From the IMG/VR virus record IMGVR_UViG_3300033067_000373, positions 1-31,033 of that record: a DNA stretch of 31,033 nucleotides; one strand, given 5' to 3'. The notes beneath the pieces were generated by a model that was not told where the DNA came from, did not search any database, and was given only the letters and a program-made list of their open reading frames with translations. Position 1 is the stretch's first letter. Each line of letters opens with the position of its first letter. This document shows, one piece after another, positions 1-7,482 of the stretch. Source of the stretch: a virus (lineage: Duplodnaviria; Caudoviricetes). A program made the position numbers and the translations under genes.

Positions 1-212
1 GTTTCACCCCACTCCAGCGCCCATGTGCTGAACTCTCGCTGCAGCGAGCGGCCAAGGATTAACTCGGCAACCAGCAGGTTTGCATAGCCATCGGCCTGCG
101 AACTCGGCTTGCCCGTGGGTGTAATCAGCTTATCGAAGTTCGATGACGTGGCAATCCCTGCGCGGGAGTTGAACCAGTCGACACTGCGGTGCGCTACCTG
201 AAAATGTTTCAC
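1..212 (-). CDS. YqaJ/lambda-exonuclease family protein, N-terminal part (runs off window)
   Basis: Manual translation from GTG at 212: MKHFQVAHRSVDWFNSRAGIATSSNFDKLITPTGKPSSQ...WALEWGE, matching the YqaJ N-terminal W..R.G..T.S and (M/L)EWG pattern. Lies downstream of erf. Not in the ORF track. Confidence 0.8.
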   Translation of the reverse strand, partial: MKHFQVAHRSVDWFNSRAGIATSSNFDKLITPTGKPSSQADGYANLLVAELILGRSLQREFSTWALEWGE

Positions 213-214
213 AG

Positions 215-454
215 TTATTCCCTCTCTTTTAGCATTAAATCTGCTGCAACGTAGCAATCGGCAGCTACGTTTTTAAGCGTATTCGCAAGGCTTCCAGCTT
301 CAACATTTGGATTAGAACAAAACCCCTGCAATGCTTTTGCAGCGAAATAGTCCCGTAATGTCATGCCCTCATATCTCACACTGTAACCAAGGCTGTGTTC
401 AAAAACTTCTTCTGATTGCGGGAAAGCAGGCGGATTCTCTGGCTTCAACGTCAT
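215..454 (-). CDS. Conserved small phage protein (PAFP...GMTLRDYFAAKA family)
   Basis: Recognisable phage motif PAFP...GMTLRDYFAAKALQG...YxxADxML. Tightly packed in the operon. Confidence 0.75.
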   Translation of the reverse strand: MTLKPENPPAFPQSEEVFEHSLGYSVRYEGMTLRDYFAAKALQGFCSNPNVEAGSLANTLKNVAADCYVAADLMLKERE

Positions 455-455
455 G

Positions 456-1214
456 CTACACCCCCGCCGCTTGCTTCGCTTCGCTGATGACCTTGCGGCG
501 CAGCGCGACGCACGCTTTCCCGTAGTCCTTCATCGCAATGTTCTCGACGCAATCGGCCTTCATATAATCGAGGAACCGCTTAACATCTGCGCCCGATTCG
601 CGCAGCGCGTCCTTGATTTCCTTGGCCTGCGCGTCGTCGATCTTCATGGCGTTCGTGCCTGCGCCGTCATCATCATCGCCCTCGGCCACGATGTTCAGCA
701 TTTTGCACACGTTGCGCCGCTTGCCGAACGACTCAGTGGATGCTGCCGCCTGCAGCGCCGACTTGAGCGCGTTGGTTTGGTCGAATGGCAGCGGGCTAGA
801 AACAGATTCCTGGTGGCCACCGCGATGCTTGAGGATAGTGGTAACGAGCATCTTGCCGTTCTCCTCCTTGGCATCATGCACTAGCGAGAAGCCGAACTTC
901 TGCAGCAGCGGGCGAATCACCAAGTCGATGTCCTCGTATTTCATGTAGCGCGAGGTCACTTCGCCTGCCTTGTTTTTGATTTCGCCACGGGCAGTGATGC
1001 GCGGCATCTCGCGCTGCACATCAGAAAGTGCCTGGTCAAAGTCGATCTTCGCTTGCCTGTCCATCAGGGTGATCTGCACATTCAGCAGCTTTTCCATTTT
1101 GTCGGGGTCGCACGCTGGGTCGGCAGCCATGTCAGCGATGCGCTGAATCATGGCGCGCTCGGTGCTTTGCTGTGGTGCAAGCGCCGTGTTTTCTTGGGTT
1201 ACTATGTCGTTCAT
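456..1214 (-). CDS. erf: ERF-family single-strand annealing protein
   Basis: Y..YEDI..VIRPLL.K.GF, H.GGH, and S..SFGKRR....L.I..EGDDDDG (variant of the ERF signature). Strong RBS GAAAGGAAA. Paired with an exonuclease. Confidence 0.85.
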   Translation of the reverse strand: MNDIVTQENTALAPQQSTERAMIQRIADMAADPACDPDKMEKLLNVQITLMDRQAKIDFDQALSDVQREMPRITARGEIKNKAGEVTSRYMKYEDIDLVIRPLLQKFGFSLVHDAKEENGKMLVTTILKHRGGHQESVSSPLPFDQTNALKSALQAAASTESFGKRRNVCKMLNIVAEGDDDDGAGTNAMKIDDAQAKEIKDALRESGADVKRFLDYMKADCVENIAMKDYGKACVALRRKVISEAKQAAGV

Positions 1215-1240
1215 AAAATCATTTCCTTTCGTGGTTATTC

Positions 1241-1271
1241 ATTATCAATAGATGTCGTTTAGTTCAAGCGC
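1241..1271 (-). promoter_or_regulatory. Putative leftward sigma70 promoter for erf/exonuclease
   Basis: Minus strand GCGCTTGAACTAAACGACATCTATTGATAAT in an AT-rich gap. Shares GCGCTTGA with the promoter at 5882-5914. The -10 spacing is imperfect. Confidence 0.45.
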
Positions 1272-1290
1272 GATTTTATCATGTCCACAA

Positions 1291-1449
1291 TTATTTTTCA
1301 GACTGTGACAACTTTGCCATGTTCGCTTCCGCGCGCATGATTGATGCCTGCGCTTTCCCTGCGGCATAGTCTTGCATTATGCGCTGTGCCGTTCGCGCAA
1401 GCTGCAACTGCATTCGCATCTGAATTTCGATAAGCAAAAGTTCGATCAT
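1291..1449 (-). CDS. Small hypothetical protein (52 aa, MIELLLIEIQMRMQLQLARTAQ...)
   Basis: ATG overlaps the TGA of the upstream gene (ATGA) and the ORF fills the gap. Below the ORF-track cutoff. Confidence 0.55.
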   Translation of the reverse strand: MIELLLIEIQMRMQLQLARTAQRIMQDYAAGKAQASIMRAEANMAKLSQSEK

Positions 1450-2090
1450 GCGTCCCTCGTGATTGCTGTGTCCTGCGGGTTATGCCTGCCCGATTCCGCG
1501 TGCCACGTCTGCGGCGACATCACGCGGTATTCTTTCAGCCGCCGCAGGTCGCGTTTCACGAAGCTGTCATCCTTCCACAGAATGCGATTGTTAGGCATTG
1601 CCGCGATCTGCCCGCTGCCATCTTCCAGCAACAGCAAATTATAGCACTTGTGTTCTGGCGGGTACTGGCTGAACCCGTTGTCGGTGTGGTCGAGCGTGAA
1701 CCAGTAGGATGCTGGAATCATGCGGCCATCTGGCGTGCGATACTCGCAACCCATCTCGCGCAGGTATTCATATTGCACGGTCGAGAAGTCCCACCCATGC
1801 GAATCCCAGCACTGCAAGTCGCTGATTGGGTGGTTAATAAAAGTGCTGCCAAAATGCTCCTTAAATACTTTTGGTTTTTCCCAGCGCAATTTATGGATAG
1901 GTATGCGCGCCCACTGCGCGCCGCTCTCGCATAGAATCGAGAAATGCAAGCAGCGCGATGGGATGCTAGTCACTCCAATAATGACGCATGGGTCAAACCC
2001 GCGCGAATCATCCAGCCCCTGCAAGATGTCGGTTTGCACATAGCCATAAATGTGCTGTGGAACTGAAGCGTTAAGCGTGTGATGTGTCAT
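1446..2090 (-). CDS. Conserved hypothetical phage protein (LNAxVP...EHKC...PNNR family)
   Basis: 214 aa in operon orientation. Motifs LNASVP, SIPSR.LHF, LQCWD, YWFTLD, PPEHKC and AAMPNNRILW resemble an uncharacterised phage family. Confidence 0.75.
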   Translation of the reverse strand: MTHHTLNASVPQHIYGYVQTDILQGLDDSRGFDPCVIIGVTSIPSRCLHFSILCESGAQWARIPIHKLRWEKPKVFKEHFGSTFINHPISDLQCWDSHGWDFSTVQYEYLREMGCEYRTPDGRMIPASYWFTLDHTDNGFSQYPPEHKCYNLLLLEDGSGQIAAMPNNRILWKDDSFVKRDLRRLKEYRVMSPQTWHAESGRHNPQDTAITRDA

Positions 2091-2091
2091 A

Positions 2092-2397
2092 TTATCTTTC
2101 CTCGTGAATTGGTGCTATTTCCTGCAGGCGCATGATTGCTTTGCCCATTTCTTCGGCGCTCGGCCATCCTGGGCTTGCATCGCGCACCTTGTAGCTGATG
2201 ACGTGGTGCAGATAGCGGTGGTCAGTGTACCACCCCTCGCTGTTCCGATGTTTCAGCAGGTTTTTGTTGGCCTCAAGGCACGCCGCGCGCGCGTTCTCTA
2301 TATCCAGGAAAGCGCCCATCGTGTGAAAGCGTGCGCGATAGCCGCGATCAAGCGGGTTAGCCAGCGGAACCCAGCGCGCCACCATGTAGATTTTCAT
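2092..2397 (-). CDS. Hypothetical protein
   Basis: 101 aa. GGGGG RBS, 1-bp gap to the next gene. Confidence 0.6.
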   Translation of the reverse strand: MKIYMVARWVPLANPLDRGYRARFHTMGAFLDIENARAACLEANKNLLKHRNSEGWYTDHRYLHHVISYKVRDASPGWPSAEEMGKAIMRLQEIAPIHEER

Positions 2398-2405
2398 GCT
2401 GCCCC

Positions 2406-3584
2406 CTAGTAGGTAATTTTTATGTTGGGAATCTTGCCGTCAGCAATCAGCTTGATGATGCCTTCCGCATCTAGGTCAGGGTCGGCCTTGATCTGACTCT
2501 CCAGCGCGTCGATTGCCATCTTCATGATGGATTTTTTATGCTTGGCATCTGCCTCGCGGCGCGCGGTTTCAGCGGCGATGGCTGCCTGTTCATCAGCGAT
2601 GCGCTTGCGTTCGGCAGCGGCGGCGCGTTCCTCAGCCTCCTTTTTTTCCTGCGCAGCTTTGGCTTCGGCAGCGATGCGGGCGGATTCCGCTTTTTCTGCC
2701 GCTGCCTTGGCATCCGCCTCGGCTTGCTCGCGTGCTGCTTTCTCTGCCACAGCGCGGCGCTCTGCATCCTCTTTCGCCTTGCGCTCTGCTGCCTCACGCT
2801 CCTCGGCCTCGCGCTTCTCACGCTCGACCTTTTCCTGCGCGGCGCGCGCTTCTTCATCGCGGCGGCGCTGCTCGGCGGCGGCTTTCTCCTCCGCCTCCTT
2901 GCGTGCTTTGTCGGCGGCTTCATGGGCGATGCGTTCTTCCTCCGCTTTGCGTTTGCGCTCGGCTTCCTCTTTTTGCAGGCGCTCCAGTTCCAGGCGGTCG
3001 GCCTCAGCTTTCTGTGCCGCTGCAATCTGTGCGGAAAGGTTGGCGGTTCGGGTGGCGATGATGGCGCTGGCGCGGTCGCTGAACTCCTGCCAATCGCGCG
3101 CCTTGAATGCTTCCATCCCATCCAGTGCAGCCTGCAATTCGGCAATGGACAGCGCACCCATGCCGTGCGCCGATAGTTCGCCGATGGCTGCCTCGTGTTT
3201 GGCGACCCGCTCCTTCTCGGCGTTTTCCCAATCGGTCAGCGGCTTGCGTGCCTGGTGCTGCAGCTTCTCGATTTCATCCCATGCCCGCGCGCGCTCCTCG
3301 TCGATTGCCTTAACGGTGGATTTCATGCCAGCGACCAATTCCTTGCCCATTGTGTCGAGTGCAGTCTTTGATTTCGCCACCTTATAGGCGAACGATGCGA
3401 TTTCCTTTCGGCCTTTCTCGGTGGAGATGTCGGGCTTGAATGCCTCGACCTCGGCGCGCACGCGCTCGATCACTGGGTCAAGCCCCTTCGGTGCGAAATA
3501 CTGGGCGACGTTTTTCTTTTCGATTATAGCCAGCGCGCCAGTTTCCTGCAGTTCATCGATAGCTAGTGATGCTTGGGTATTCAT
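2406..3584 (-). CDS. Phage coiled-coil protein (often annotated TolA-like)
   Basis: N-terminal PDIST.KGRKEIAS.AYKVAKSKT.LD..GK.L, long E/A/K/R coiled coil, C-terminal GKIP.I.I.Y. Strong RBS. Confidence 0.8.
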   Translation of the reverse strand: MNTQASLAIDELQETGALAIIEKKNVAQYFAPKGLDPVIERVRAEVEAFKPDISTEKGRKEIASFAYKVAKSKTALDTMGKELVAGMKSTVKAIDEERARAWDEIEKLQHQARKPLTDWENAEKERVAKHEAAIGELSAHGMGALSIAELQAALDGMEAFKARDWQEFSDRASAIIATRTANLSAQIAAAQKAEADRLELERLQKEEAERKRKAEEERIAHEAADKARKEAEEKAAAEQRRRDEEARAAQEKVEREKREAEEREAAERKAKEDAERRAVAEKAAREQAEADAKAAAEKAESARIAAEAKAAQEKKEAEERAAAAERKRIADEQAAIAAETARREADAKHKKSIMKMAIDALESQIKADPDLDAEGIIKLIADGKIPNIKITY

Positions 3585-3607
3585 GGTAGTTTCCTTTCGT
3601 GGTTAAA

Positions 3608-3793
3608 TTAGTCTATTTTTTTCACTTCGATGCGGTTTGCGCCGCCTCTCCAGTTTTGCTTTCTGTCATGCCCGCCGACAATTATTTGCACATCGCCGCC
3701 AGCTTTCAAATGTTCCGAGATTTCTTCGGTTATGGTGAATGAAACAAGCACGGCCTCGCCGTAACTCATCATGACTTTTACAGGGTGTAGCAT
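3608..3793 (-). CDS. Hypothetical protein
   Basis: 61 aa, packed between the HNH and coiled-coil genes. Confidence 0.55.
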   Translation of the reverse strand: MLHPVKVMMSYGEAVLVSFTITEEISEHLKAGGDVQIIVGGHDRKQNWRGGANRIEVKKID

Positions 3794-3795
3794 CG

Positions 3796-4287
3796 TTATG
3801 CGCCCTTCCTTTTGGTGGTGACTCGGTCAATGTGTTTCCATGACCTTCCGCACCTGACTTTAGAAATCGCCGATTCGGAAACACCAAACATTGCAGCAAG
3901 AGTCGCGCCTTTTAACTTAGAGCGTCGTATTACTTTTGCGGCCTTGTCTGTTAGTTTTGATTTAGGGCTTCTTTCTCCTCGCTGATGTCTATCCTTTGCT
4001 TTGCAGTCAGCATAATTATCAGCCCTCGTTCCAAGGAATAAATGATCTGGATTGCAACAGGTGCGATTATCGCATTTATGCAAAACACAAAGGCCATTCG
4101 TTGGGCCTTTCATTAACTCAAAAACAAAGCGGTGGACGTAATAATAGCCACAAATGTTTGTTGCTTTCCCTACACCATATCCATACGGATTTTTGCCGCC
4201 TTGCCAATTCCAGCAGCCATTTTTCGCCACTTTTATTTTACGCTTAATGCGCTCAAAAAGTTTGTTTAGTTTTTCATCCTGCGTCAT
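3796..4287 (-). CDS. HNH endonuclease with C-terminal HTH (probable homing endonuclease)
   Basis: CWNWQG...GYG...VHR...VLHKCDNRTCCNPDHLFLGT..DN..D, then SKLT...LAAMFGVSESAISKV. True start probably ATG 4287 (ATGA overlap). More AT-rich than its neighbours. Confidence 0.9.
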   Translation of the reverse strand: MTQDEKLNKLFERIKRKIKVAKNGCWNWQGGKNPYGYGVGKATNICGYYYVHRFVFELMKGPTNGLCVLHKCDNRTCCNPDHLFLGTRADNYADCKAKDRHQRGERSPKSKLTDKAAKVIRRSKLKGATLAAMFGVSESAISKVRCGRSWKHIDRVTTKRKGA

Positions 4288-4472
4288 ACAATCCCCGCTT
4301 TGGTGAGTAAATCCTGCACCCGCTTGAAGGCAATTTCCTGCCCGCTCCATTCATGATAAACCGTGTTTTGTGAAACTGTGCCGACCGCTGCAAGAGCGGC
4401 CTCCTTCTCACGCTTGGCATTGATTGCCCATGCGTCGATCGTGGCTCTGAGAAATATCATGTCTGCGCTCAC
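4284..4472 (-). CDS. Hypothetical protein
   Basis: 62 aa. GTGA/ATGA overlaps with both neighbours. Confidence 0.6.
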   Translation of the reverse strand: MSADMIFLRATIDAWAINAKREKEAALAAVGTVSQNTVYHEWSGQEIAFKRVQDLLTKAGIV

Positions 4473-4978
4473 TTGCTGCCTCCATTCACGATTGCATTAG
4501 CGGCTCTCCATAGCGCCTTGTTGCCGTGGGTAAGCAGCGGCAGCAGTGCGCGTTTCTCTTTCAGGTACACCTTGGCAAAGTTCGGGTCGTGCTTCATGAT
4601 GTCCTGCGTGTTGCTGATGGTGTCGGCCAGCTTGATCGTTGCACCCTCTGGCGAAGATTCGGCGAGGTGTGCCTGGTCAATCAGCTTCCGCACGCGGCGG
4701 TTCCCATCCTCTGGCCGCGACACATCCGTCACCTGATACACCAGCAGCGCGACCCGCTGGCCAAACGTCTGCTGAATGTGCGCCAGCGTGAACTTGGTAT
4801 CCTCGACGACATCGTGCAGGAATGCTGCCGCGATGACCGATTCGTCGCTCGTGACCTGCGCCACGATATTGGCCACCTCAAAGCAGTGTTAGTAATACGG
4901 CAGCCCTGTGTATTTCCGCTTCTGGTCGCCGTGCGCCATGATGCAGAAATCGCGGGCATTCTCTAAAAATTCGCTCAT
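4469..4978 (-). pseudogene. HD-domain (p)ppGpp-hydrolase-like protein (small alarmone hydrolase, SpoT/Mesh1-like) with an in-frame TAA at codon 30 (4889-4891)
   Basis: From ATG 4978: MSEFLENARDFCIMAHGDQKRKYTGLPYY*HCFEVANIV...AAAFLHDVVEDT...VTD...IKLADTISN. All SpoT-hydrolase motifs are in one frame across the stop. Confidence 0.8.
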
Positions 4979-5190
4979 ATGTCATCTCCATATTTTTCGT
5001 TGTAGTAGCGCGCCTTTGCCGCATCCTGCTCACGCACCGAGCGCATCCGCTCCGCGTCGCGTTCCTCCTCCTCCTCGCGGCACTCTGGGCAGTCGTCGAT
5101 CGTCGTGTCCCGTGTGCCGTTGGTGGGGAAATAAACCGACCACTTGTGACCGCATTCTGCGTGGGTTACTTGCAAAAAGTTCATGGCCAT
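4975..5190 (-). CDS. Small putative zinc-binding protein
   Basis: HxxCGH...CPEC followed by an acidic helix. GAGG RBS. Confidence 0.6.
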   Translation of the reverse strand: MAMNFLQVTHAECGHKWSVYFPTNGTRDTTIDDCPECREEEEERDAERMRSVREQDAAKARYYNEKYGDDI

Positions 5191-5193
5191 ACC

Positions 5194-5472
5194 TCAGTTA
5201 ATTGTTTCGTTCCCGCCCGCCAAAACCAGCTTGGGCTTGTCATCGTTCGCGGGTGGTGGGTTCAGGGCAATATCAAGCAGCCCCATCGACTCGACGATGC
5301 CCTGCACTACTCCCTGCATATTGTAGGCCTGCAGCATGTATTTGCCCTTCTCCTCGAGCAGGCAACCCTCCGCCTGTTTAAGCAGCTTTCCCGTTTCGTT
5401 TTGGTAACGCTCGGCCTGCTGAAAAAGCATCCCGCGCAGAAAAATCATTCTTTCTTTTAGCCCGTTGTCCAT
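5194..5472 (-). CDS. Hypothetical protein (MDNGLKERMIFLRG...)
   Basis: Start reassigned to ATG 5472, which overlaps the upstream stop (TAATG). Confidence 0.6.
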   Translation of the reverse strand: MDNGLKERMIFLRGMLFQQAERYQNETGKLLKQAEGCLLEEKGKYMLQAYNMQGVVQGIVESMGLLDIALNPPPANDDKPKLVLAGGNETIN

Positions 5473-5675
5473 TATTTGCCCCGTGTGAGAGTGGTTAGAA
5501 AATCCTGCGGCATCTGGTATTGCGCCAGCTTGCCCTGAAACTCGACCTGCTTGGCGAGATCGGCCAGCACCATCGCGCGGCATTGCGGGACGTTGTGAAG
5601 GTAGGCAAGCGCGGCGGCGGTCATGCCGCTCGCTATGCCCAGGGTGATGATTGTCTGTTTGATTTTTTTAAGCAT
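5472..5675 (-). CDS. Small protein with N-terminal transmembrane/signal segment
   Basis: MLKKIKQTIITLGIASGMTAAALAYL. GGAG RBS. Confidence 0.6.
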   Translation of the reverse strand: MLKKIKQTIITLGIASGMTAAALAYLHNVPQCRAMVLADLAKQVEFQGKLAQYQMPQDFLTTLTRGK

Positions 5676-5859
5676 TGCTATTCTCCAGTTGGTTGATTTT
5701 TATTTCGATGGCGGTGCGGAAAGCATAGGCATCGTGCAGGAACTCCACGCGACCGAGGAAACTAACCCAGTCGAATATCTTTCCCGTGAAGTCGTCGACA
5801 TCGGCGAGCAGCTTTTGCAGCCCCTCAATGTCGTCTGTGTTATCTTTGGCCATTGTCAT
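5668..5859 (-). CDS. Hypothetical protein, first gene of the leftward operon
   Basis: 63 aa. AAGGAAAGGA RBS directly after the leftward promoter. Confidence 0.6.
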   Translation of the reverse strand: MTMAKDNTDDIEGLQKLLADVDDFTGKIFDWVSFLGRVEFLHDAYAFRTAIEIKINQLENSNA

Positions 5860-5881
5860 TCCTTTCCTTAGTTACGTCCTC

Positions 5882-5914
5882 TTATAACATCGTTCATTTC
5901 ATACCGTCAAGCGC
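5882..5914 (-). promoter_or_regulatory. Leftward sigma70-type promoter (PL)
   Basis: Minus strand GCGC-TTGACG-18 nt-TATAAG with an extended -10 TG. Confidence 0.65.
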
Positions 5915-5944
5915 AAAAGTGAAATAACTTCTATTTATTTTTTT

Positions 5945-5973
5945 CTTGCAGTTAATCATTTAATCAATATACT
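5945..5973 (+). promoter_or_regulatory. Rightward sigma70-type promoter (PR) with a TTAATCA direct repeat in the spacer
   Basis: C-TTGCAG-16 nt-TATACT. The spacer begins TTAATCA-T-TTAATCA. Confidence 0.65.
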
Positions 5974-6012
5974 GACGAATAAGCCCACACATGGGCAGAA
6001 AGGAAAAGCGCA

Positions 6013-6168
6013 ATGAAAACCGTTAAAACCAGAACCTACAATATGGATGAGGAAAGCCAGCAAATGCTGATTGAACTTGCCAAGGAAAATGACCGAAGCA
6101 TGAGCGGCCAGCTTCGCCAGATGGTTCGAGAAGTCTATGCCGAGTTCAAAAAACAATCCTCGAAGTAG
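6013..6168 (+). CDS. Arc/CopG-like ribbon-helix-helix DNA-binding protein (51 aa)
   Basis: MKTVKTRTYNMDEESQQMLIELAKENDRSMSGQLRQMVREVYAEF: beta strand, helix, then A..NxRS(M/L)S..(L/I), typical of Arc-like proteins. GAAAGGAAA RBS. Missing from the ORF track. Confidence 0.8.
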   Translation: MKTVKTRTYNMDEESQQMLIELAKENDRSMSGQLRQMVREVYAEFKKQSSK

Positions 6169-6176
6169 GTGGCATC

Positions 6177-6860
6177 ATGTCATATCTCACAGTAAAGAAC
6201 TGGGAGCGATTCCAGCACTACAAAGATAGAAACCCGCCCTGGATAAAGCTGCACTTTGAACTTCTATCAAGCGAAACTTGGGTGATGCTTGATGATGCTA
6301 GCAGGGTGCTAGCAGTCGCTAGCATGTTGATAGCAAGCCGCAACGAGGGCAGGGTTCCAAATAACCCAGATTATGTGCAGAGAGTTGCCTACTTAAACAA
6401 GAAGCCAAACTTTAAGCCATTGATTGATGCAGGTTTCTTTGTAAAACCGCTAGCGACTGCTAGCATTTGTGAGCAGGCGCAAGCGGATGCTAGACCAGAG
6501 ACAGAGGCATATAGAGAAGAGACAGAGACAGATAAGAATAAACCTACCATTGCGCGTGAGCGTGTCACGCTCGAATCATTATCCGTCGATCACATCGCTG
6601 ACTGGCTATCGAAAAAACGCTCAGAAGGCCGATACATAAACCACAACGAGCATGAAATCTTAGAGAAATTCAAAACTTATTGCCAATCGAAAGGAAAGAA
6701 ATATGCAGACTATGCAGCAGCTTACAGAGGGGCTTTTGACTGGGATAAATGCCAACCTCAACCCGCAAACCGTAGCGGATACCAGCCACAGCCCAGCAAG
6801 ACAGACCGAGGAAAAGCAGCAGTTATGCGAGCAGCCGAAGCACTTGGCTTTGCGGAATGA
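6177..6860 (+). CDS. Phage replication initiator-like protein
   Basis: N-terminal KNW..FQHYKDR.PPWIKLH, a low-complexity ETE linker overlying DNA repeats, and a C-terminal F..Y......Y.DY.AA...W domain. Sits at the lambda-O position. Confidence 0.65.
   Translation: MSYLTVKNWERFQHYKDRNPPWIKLHFELLSSETWVMLDDASRVLAVASMLIASRNEGRVPNNPDYVQRVAYLNKKPNFKPLIDAGFFVKPLATASICEQAQADARPETEAYREETETDKNKPTIARERVTLESLSVDHIADWLSKKRSEGRYINHNEHEILEKFKTYCQSKGKKYADYAAAYRGAFDWDKCQPQPANRSGYQPQPSKTDRGKAAVMRAAEALGFAE
6297..6542. repeat. Two helically phased GCTAGC-type repeat arrays plus a purine-rich tract: probable replication origin
   Basis: GCTAGCA at 6297, 6308, 6318; GATAGCA at 6329; GCTAGCG 6449, GCTAGCA 6459, GTGAGCA 6469, GCAAGCG 6479, GCTAGAC 6489; then an AG-rich run at about 6497-6542. 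Confidence 0.65.
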
Positions 6861-7482
6861 TGGTGAAGGAAAAAAGGCCGTATCTGTCGAACTTTACGAA
6901 CGGTTCCAAGCCACAAAAACTTATGGTAAAGATCAGGAATCGCTTGAGGACATTATCAAAGTTTTTATGCGCGACCTTGGCGATTATCCAACGCGTTCGG
7001 TGATGGCCGCAATCAAAAACCACTGCCGAAACAGCCCAGAGTTTCCGACTGTTGCCGACATCATCGGCATTATTCGACGCAGGGGAAAAATGCCTTATCT
7101 GAAAGAGGCTTATATTTCAAAACAGCGCATCGACCCAGAGGATAGAACACCGCAGGATTGGGCATATATCAAGGGCTATGAATCGCAGCAAAATGCTGAG
7201 GAATACTCAAGCGATTACCTTGATTACCACTCACAAATAGAGCATGTTTCGGAGAATGAAAAGCTGAGAAAGCGCATACTCGAATTGCAGGCTGAGAACG
7301 CAAGGGCTTGGGCAAAGGTTCGAGAGTTGGAATTGCTCACTAGAAAGCCAGCCGAACCAGTGCAGGTGGTTGATAAGGTTACGAAAACAATCGCCTATCT
7401 CGAATCAATCGGTGCAAGCACTGACGAAATCAACGACTTCATCAAAACCAGTGGGACACAAAACAATGACCAAACAGCATGA
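6703..7482 (+). CDS. Putative helicase loader/inhibitor (G39P-like domain); start uncertain
   Basis: L.DYP...V..AI..H...S.EFPTVADI motif, directly after the initiator. C-terminal coiled coil. Confidence 0.55.
   Translation: MQTMQQLTEGLLTGINANLNPQTVADTSHSPARQTEEKQQLCEQPKHLALRNDGEGKKAVSVELYERFQATKTYGKDQESLEDIIKVFMRDLGDYPTRSVMAAIKNHCRNSPEFPTVADIIGIIRRRGKMPYLKEAYISKQRIDPEDRTPQDWAYIKGYESQQNAEEYSSDYLDYHSQIEHVSENEKLRKRILELQAENARAWAKVRELELLTRKPAEPVQVVDKVTKTIAYLESIGASTDEINDFIKTSGTQNNDQTA

Noticed and set aside
2522-3387. Several long overlapping ORFs and apparent repeats in the coiled-coil gene
   Set aside because: Explained by low-complexity Ala/Glu/Arg/Lys codons. No discrete DNA repeat unit.
4889-4891. 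Genome-wide stop-codon reassignment as the explanation for the internal TAA
   Set aside because: TAA, TAG and TGA all end well-supported genes here, and no other gene needs read-through.
5952-5963. CtrA box in PR
   Set aside because: The TTAA half-sites are 4 nt apart, not the 7 nt of TTAA-N7-TTAA.
5956-6156. 66-aa minus-strand ORF as a repressor
   Set aside because: It is antisense to the better-supported RHH gene, runs into the promoter and has no HTH pattern.
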